From positions 11,469-75,468 of IMG/VR virus record IMGVR_UViG_3300005758_000017: a DNA stretch of 64,000 nucleotides; one strand, given 5' to 3'. Below the pieces are notes generated by a model. That model searched no databases and had not been told where the DNA came from. It saw only the letters and a list, made by a program, of their open reading frames with translations. Below, piece after piece: positions 59,227 to 64,000 of the stretch. Source of the stretch: a virus (taxonomy: Duplodnaviria > Caudoviricetes). Within the stretch, counting starts at the first letter, position 1; each line of letters starts with the position of its first letter. The position numbers and the translations under genes are program-made.

Positions 59227-59491
59227 AGATGCTTGACCATTTCTTTAATTTTTCAAATTTAGCCTGCTTGGCTCGTTCCATACCGTCTTCTGATACAATA
59301 CCCTTTAATTTTAGCAGGTCTACCATAGCAAGTAAATCACCAATTTCACCTTCTAGGTGTTGTGCATTAGTTAGGGGTTTGCCGGGCTTGGCGTTATCCA
59401 AACCAAAGCGATGACACTTACTAATTGCTTGAATCACCTCAGCACATTCTTCGGAAAGAATGTTCATTACTTCATGTAGTTTATTGTCCAT
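59219..59491 (-). CDS. MazG-like NTP pyrophosphohydrolase
   Basis: ILSEECAEVIQAISK...LEGEIGDLLAMV. Confidence 0.75.
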   Translation of the reverse strand: MDNKLHEVMNILSEECAEVIQAISKCHRFGLDNAKPGKPLTNAQHLEGEIGDLLAMVDLLKLKGIVSEDGMERAKQAKFEKLKKWSSIYE

Positions 59492-59684
59492 CTTTAAATT
59501 CCATATAAGGTGCAATGTCGTTATCAAAAATTTGAGCCATCTGATTCCAAAGTGCCTTGGCTTCTTCGTCAGTCATCCCAGAACTATAAACAGTACCGTA
59601 GTCTTCGGCAGCACCTTTTCGAAGCCCGTAATCGTGCCTCCATGTATAACACATACTTGTAATAATTTTTTCTCTTGTTTTCAT
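59481..59684 (-). CDS. Hypothetical protein
   Basis: 67 aa ORF in operon with overlapping start/stop codons. Confidence 0.6.
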   Translation of the reverse strand: MKTREKIITSMCYTWRHDYGLRKGAAEDYGTVYSSGMTDEEAKALWNQMAQIFDNDIAPYMEFKDGQ

Positions 59685-59896
59685 GGTCTTGGAAAATCTA
59701 ATTGAAATACATGCGACTTGGTACCTTTTAGTGCCAATAGCATTTGTTCTTGTTGTGCATCTTCTACACTAAGGTAGTAACCAGGCCAAAGTGATGACCC
59801 AGGAGAAGAAGGGCTATGTGTCGTCATTGTGCCAGTTGCACTGATACTAGCTACAATCCAAACACATAGATATTCTGGTGGGTCAATTGGTTTCAT
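59681..59896 (-). CDS. Hypothetical protein
   Basis: 71 aa ORF in operon. Confidence 0.55.
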   Translation of the reverse strand: MKPIDPPEYLCVWIVASISATGTMTTHSPSSPGSSLWPGYYLSVEDAQQEQMLLALKGTKSHVFQLDFPRP

Positions 59897-59898
59897 AA

Positions 59899-60450
59899 TT
59901 AGCCCAAATCTTGTCCGTAATCTTCAAGGATTCCTTTGCGCTTTGCATCCTCAATGGCATGACGCAAAGCTTCTTCGATTAGCTGGTTAAATGTAATGTC
60001 ACGCTCGTGTGCTAACTTCATGTACTTTAACAGCTCATCGTCGCTAAATTCTACTTGAACCTGTACACGAGTATCGTAATCTACACCATTGATAATAGCT
60101 TCTAGTTTTTCTAGAAAGTCTTCATCTACATCCAAATCTACATAATCAACTCCATCCCAAGCTTGGTTACCAAGCTCACCACGAGATACACCTTCTAGGT
60201 CGTGTTGAACTTTGTAATCAGGATTGATTACGCGATATGCTCGCTCATTGGTGTAATCGCATACTTCGACTTCATATACAACTTGAGTTTTAGTGTCAAA
60301 CACAATGTTAGCACTCCAGCCACCTTCTCCGTGGACACCATTCCATGCGCTTAGTGTGTGAGCATCGTGACCATAACAATTCCAGCCATAGTCACCGCCT
60401 TCGGTGATTCGAAAGCTAACTGCTTCTAAATAATCTTGCATACTAATCAT
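59899..60450 (-). CDS. Hypothetical protein with C-terminal ribbon-helix-helix-like domain
   Basis: VQVEFSDDELLKYMKLAHERDITFNQLIEEAL. Confidence 0.6.
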   Translation of the reverse strand: MISMQDYLEAVSFRITEGGDYGWNCYGHDAHTLSAWNGVHGEGGWSANIVFDTKTQVVYEVEVCDYTNERAYRVINPDYKVQHDLEGVSRGELGNQAWDGVDYVDLDVDEDFLEKLEAIINGVDYDTRVQVQVEFSDDELLKYMKLAHERDITFNQLIEEALRHAIEDAKRKGILEDYGQDLG

Positions 60451-60460
60451 AAACTACTCC

Positions 60461-61306
60461 TTAAATTTCAATAACAATGTTAGGGTTCCAGCCGGTATCT
60501 TCATAACCAGCATAACCACGTGGGTTACACACCACCCGAGTTTCGCCAATTACATAATCAAACGGGTGATGCGTATGACCATGCGTCCACAATTTAATTT
60601 GTGGTCGATCCAAAATAAACTCACTCAAGTCGCTGTGATAGCAACCATTCATAAGTGTATCGTCTTTGTAGGTCTCATGACAGCTTTGAAAGCTAGGACT
60701 ATGATGGCCAACAACTACAAACTTTTCATCGCCGCGTTCAGCAACAATGTTTCTAATGTAATCAAGAGTTTGCTGATGACGTACAGTAGTGTCGTATGGC
60801 TTGAGAGTAGTATACCCTTCAAACTCTTTACGAATAAGCCTAAAGTCGTTCAACATATCTCGAGCTGAATGCAACGTTAGCGGGTCACCCTTGTTCATGT
60901 TAGTCCATAAGGTACCACCAATAAAGTTAACATCGTCAATCTTTTTAAATCCTCTTTCAAGGAAATAAATGTTAGGATGTTTGGCACATTCTCCTGCAAG
61001 GACCTCGAGCGTTTGGTTCCACTTACCATGGTAGAATTCATGGTTGCCGGCAACATAAACAACATGGGGGAATTGAAAACTTACACGCTTTAAAAAGTCG
61101 CGGAAACGAAGGGCAGAGGCTTGCCTACGACCCAAGTCAGCAAGATTGACATTACTATACATTCCATAGTCCATTTCTGGATGGTCGTGTAGGTCCTGCG
61201 CGACCATAATGTCACCAGAAAGAATGAGGACATCACAGCCCTCATCATTTTTAATGTTTACATCAGAAAATTCTAAGTGTAAATCGCTAACCAGTTTGAT
61301 CTTCAT
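60461..61306 (-). CDS. Calcineurin-like metallophosphoesterase
   Basis: SDLHLE, GDI, GNHE, GHHSP, HGHTH and NPRGY. Confidence 0.9.
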   Translation of the reverse strand: MKIKLVSDLHLEFSDVNIKNDEGCDVLILSGDIMVAQDLHDHPEMDYGMYSNVNLADLGRRQASALRFRDFLKRVSFQFPHVVYVAGNHEFYHGKWNQTLEVLAGECAKHPNIYFLERGFKKIDDVNFIGGTLWTNMNKGDPLTLHSARDMLNDFRLIRKEFEGYTTLKPYDTTVRHQQTLDYIRNIVAERGDEKFVVVGHHSPSFQSCHETYKDDTLMNGCYHSDLSEFILDRPQIKLWTHGHTHHPFDYVIGETRVVCNPRGYAGYEDTGWNPNIVIEI

Positions 61307-61580
61307 CGCCGCTTTCTAATTTTGCCAATGGATTGAGTCCGTTTACGGGAATACCATCTTCGTCAACGATTGCAAAGCCATGGAAGACAAATCCAGCACC
61401 TTTGCAAAAATCTTCAAATGCTTGTAATATATCTTCTAAGTTATCGTGCGAATGATCTAATACAAGTTTTCTCGTTCCATCATTGTAGCATATTAGCCAT
61501 TGCGTGTCAAGACCATCTATATCCTTTTCTTTTAAGGATCTTAAAGTACGGACCACTGCGTCCCAGTCTTTATTGCTCAT
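61287..61580 (-). CDS. Hypothetical protein
   Basis: 97 aa acidic ORF in operon. Confidence 0.55.
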   Translation of the reverse strand: MSNKDWDAVVRTLRSLKEKDIDGLDTQWLICYNDGTRKLVLDHSHDNLEDILQAFEDFCKGAGFVFHGFAIVDEDGIPVNGLNPLAKLESGDEDQTG

Positions 61581-62361
61581 TGGACCTCATTACATTGTTC
61601 AAAGCTGAAATTGCATAAATCAAATCAATTGGTATGCTGGATTTAACTAGGGCCGCTTCAAATGTTTTAACATCCTTGGGGAAACACTTTCCACCAAAAC
61701 CACGACTTCCATCCGGCCCAGGTACGGACCAATGCGAGTGACCAAGCCTGCCTTCTCTTTCTAGTAGCTGACTTACTACAGTATAAGAGGCTCCCAGTGA
61801 GGTGCAAAGTTGTTCTAGTTGGTTAGCAAAGACAACTTTCATTGCCAAGAATGTATTGGTTGATAATTTTGCTATCATAGCTTCTAGTTGTTCTGTAATA
61901 ATAACCAAGCCAGGATAGCTTGAAAATAATTCAGAAAACTCATCAGCTTCGCCACCCAACACAACCATTGAAGGATTTACTGCGTCTTGTTCCCAAGTAG
62001 ACTCTCTAATATATTCGGGCCAAACAATTAAATTGTTACCAAAAATATCTAATAGCTTTTTAACAGATTCTAGATTAGATGTACTGCGTAATACAAATTT
62101 ACCAGTAAAACCTTTTTCAATAGCTTCGTTGATTGCGGCGTCAACGTTTGCAGTTGAGTTTTCGGGTATGACTAAATTATTGTCCAAGTCTGTTGGTACG
62201 CAGATGCAAAGGTAGTTGGCCTGTGCCCATTCCTCATTAGAAACTAACTCACCCTTGGGAGGATCATTGAATTCGATTTTAAGAGATGGATTAAAATTCT
62301 TTAAGAAAAGTTCAGTTGATCGGCCAACGATGCCATGGCCTTGGATTATAATAGAAGTCAT
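61570..62361 (-). CDS. ugd: UDP-glucose/GDP-mannose dehydrogenase family protein (short form)
   Basis: GHGIVG, ICVPT, LRST, PEYIRE, AKLSTNTFLAMKVVFAN and GFGGKCFPKD. C-terminal domain absent. Confidence 0.85.
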   Translation of the reverse strand: MTSIIIQGHGIVGRSTELFLKNFNPSLKIEFNDPPKGELVSNEEWAQANYLCICVPTDLDNNLVIPENSTANVDAAINEAIEKGFTGKFVLRSTSNLESVKKLLDIFGNNLIVWPEYIRESTWEQDAVNPSMVVLGGEADEFSELFSSYPGLVIITEQLEAMIAKLSTNTFLAMKVVFANQLEQLCTSLGASYTVVSQLLEREGRLGHSHWSVPGPDGSRGFGGKCFPKDVKTFEAALVKSSIPIDLIYAISALNNVMRSNEQ

Positions 62362-62366
62362 GTTTT

Positions 62367-62395
62367 ATTTTAGCAAAATACTTGTGGTATGTCAA
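62367..62395 (-). promoter_or_regulatory. sigma70 promoter, probably leaderless
   Basis: TTGACA-17 nt-TAAAAT ending 5 nt before the ATG at 62361. Confidence 0.75.
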
Positions 62396-63138
62396 ACTCG
62401 AATCACATAGTCTGGATATTTTTCAATGCTACGATCAAGCAATGCCTCCAACCTATTCACATCAACCCAACCTTTGATCACAACAAGAATTTTTCTATAC
62501 TGAGGATCAAAATCTGCGCCATGCAAGAAATCTTCATTGTTCCATGCAAAGGCATTTGTATCAGCTGGCATCTTTACATAGTAACGGTCTTCCATTGGAA
62601 TGGTACCCGAGTTTGGTTTATATTTTTGACTAGAACACAACCAAAATGTTTCTTTTGGATTTTGATCAAATTGCATTAATCTTATCTCTGTAGGAAAATG
62701 CATAACACCATCTAGGCTTGATGGCATGTTACCATCGTAATGTGCAGGAATGGTAGTATGAGAGCTCCAAAACCTAACAGATCTAATTTTAACAAAAGGC
62801 ATTTCGCTAAAAATTCTACGAAAGTAACGCGATTGCGAAAGCCTAAGATCAGGTGATATTTTTGTTTTCCAAGCGGCATCTTTTAATAAGATTTCATCTT
62901 CGTATAATGCAAGACCGTCCCATTGACTGTGTTCTAGAGAAGGTTTATTTGCACCAACTGCTCCGCGGTCAATGGATTGTCTAGCTACCCTTTGATTTTG
63001 CTCGTCCCACACTTGCCAGAACTGCTCTGTATCGTCTAGTTCAAACGTTGGCAAGTCAAGAGGCAATGCCGCAATGCCCTTATATTTTTCATTTAAACGC
63101 GGGCAATGTGATTGGTTAATTAGTTTTGCTAGATCCAT
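62392..63138 (-). CDS. 2OG-Fe(II)/cupin oxygenase-like protein
   Basis: IPAHYD (HxD), FLHGAD and RKILVVIKG. Confidence 0.55.
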   Translation of the reverse strand: MDLAKLINQSHCPRLNEKYKGIAALPLDLPTFELDDTEQFWQVWDEQNQRVARQSIDRGAVGANKPSLEHSQWDGLALYEDEILLKDAAWKTKISPDLRLSQSRYFRRIFSEMPFVKIRSVRFWSSHTTIPAHYDGNMPSSLDGVMHFPTEIRLMQFDQNPKETFWLCSSQKYKPNSGTIPMEDRYYVKMPADTNAFAWNNEDFLHGADFDPQYRKILVVIKGWVDVNRLEALLDRSIEKYPDYVIRV

Positions 63139-63140
63139 TA

Positions 63141-63464
63141 TTATCTCTCCAACAGATGCCCTTTATCTTTCACAGATTTAAATTCATCTGCCCCTTCGAG
63201 AGGTGCTTTCTTTTTAGTAATAGTTGGCCATATTTTGCTAAGTTCAGCATTCAATGCAATATAAGGATGCTGACTTGCATCAATGTCTGAATCTGCAACA
63301 ATCGCATCAGCTGGGCACTCTGGAACGCATACTGCACAATCAATGCATTCAGTGGGATCGATGACTAAAAAATTAGGACCTTCTTTAAAACAATCAACAG
63401 GGCATACATCTACACAATCGGTGTATTTGCATTTTATACAACTTTCAGTAACTACATAGGTCAT
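63141..63464 (-). CDS. fdxA: 7Fe (FdxA/FdI-type) ferredoxin
   Basis: [53 protein letters not shown]. Confidence 0.92.
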   Translation of the reverse strand: MTYVVTESCIKCKYTDCVDVCPVDCFKEGPNFLVIDPTECIDCAVCVPECPADAIVADSDIDASQHPYIALNAELSKIWPTITKKKAPLEGADEFKSVKDKGHLLER

Positions 63465-63878
63465 TTATATTTTCCAATTCGATTCAATGAATTCTTTGTT
63501 ATTAGGTTTGTTACCAGTTAAACCTAACATACCGCGATAGGCTTGCCATGCTTCTTGCACCATTGGGTCTTGGTGGCCGCCCGTTGGAAACAGATCGGCC
63601 CAGACACAATCTTCTGGCATCATACTTCTGTATATACCAAAGTTGCGAGGCTGGTGTATCTTACCTTCGCGGAATAACACACTTGCTACACCTTGACAAG
63701 CAGATTCATCTAAACCATACAAGTATGTGTCGCGGAACATATATTCGTTAACAATATTTGTAAGCTGTTCTTGTGTTTCAAATCGAGTACCAGCAACAAT
63801 CACAACAACATCTTCAATGTCAACTACATCATTGACAATATCACGAATACAACGACCAAGGCTAAAACCAACTTTCAT
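63465..63878 (-). CDS. Hypothetical protein
   Basis: MKVGFSLGRCIRDIV...GKIHQPR; GGAG RBS. Confidence 0.7.
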   Translation of the reverse strand: MKVGFSLGRCIRDIVNDVVDIEDVVVIVAGTRFETQEQLTNIVNEYMFRDTYLYGLDESACQGVASVLFREGKIHQPRNFGIYRSMMPEDCVWADLFPTGGHQDPMVQEAWQAYRGMLGLTGNKPNNKEFIESNWKI

Positions 63879-63890
63879 ATTTAACTCCTG

Positions 63891-64000
63891 TTATTCAATA
63901 TCAGAATCGGGACCACTTAGTAATTTTTCCATAGCTTTGTATTCATCATACAATTCTTTAAGCATAGGATACTTTTCATGCATTTCAAAATTAGGCGCCA
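63891..64000 (-). CDS. 3' end of a gene entering from beyond the window
   Basis: ...APNFEMHEKYPMLKELYDEYKAMEKLLSGPDSDIE* read manually. Confidence 0.55.
   Translation of the reverse strand, partial: APNFEMHEKYPMLKELYDEYKAMEKLLSGPDSDIE

Noticed and set aside
1-64000. Stop-codon reassignment as seen in some jumbo phages
   Set aside because: Conserved long genes translate full length in the standard code, and coding density is high without read-through.

Overview
This window is a 64 kb segment of a large, T4-related (jumbo-type) contractile-tailed dsDNA phage genome, read in the standard genetic code. From left to right it holds: (1) the 5' part of a tape-measure gene (minus strand, missed by the ORF track because it runs off the edge); (2) a divergent tail/baseplate chaperone gene pair with a perfect -1 slippery site; (3) about 0.6 kb of densely structured non-coding sequence just downstream of a GIY-YIG nuclease gene; (4) a recombination and transcription block (gp46/gp47, Hc1-like, MazG-like, gp55-like late sigma factor); (5) a long baseplate/tail operon (gp5, gp25, gp6, a 3580-aa wedge/fibre protein, fibre proteins, one with a (YGG)13 tract); (6) about 15 kb of tailoring-type enzymes (glycosyltransferase paralogues, a methyltransferase-like protein, 2OG-Fe(II)-type oxygenases, GNATs, two PP-loop amide ligases, a desaturase, a hydroxylase, a degenerate ATP-grasp protein, with thyX embedded); (7) an early island driven by near-consensus sigma70 promoters (MoxR AAA+, vWA, an unannotated ArfA-like ORF); (8) metabolic and accessory genes (SulP, RNase H-like exonuclease, metK, queE, ugd, ferredoxin). 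Many genes start 4-6 nt after a TAAATA-like late box or a sigma70 -10 box, which implies leaderless mRNAs. The strongest novelty candidates are the nuclease-linked large RNA, the tail-linked tailoring cluster with its Tyr/Gly-repeat candidate substrate, the frameshift, and the ArfA-like ORF. All product calls come from reading motifs by eye. No database search was run, and I found no tRNA or CRISPR array.
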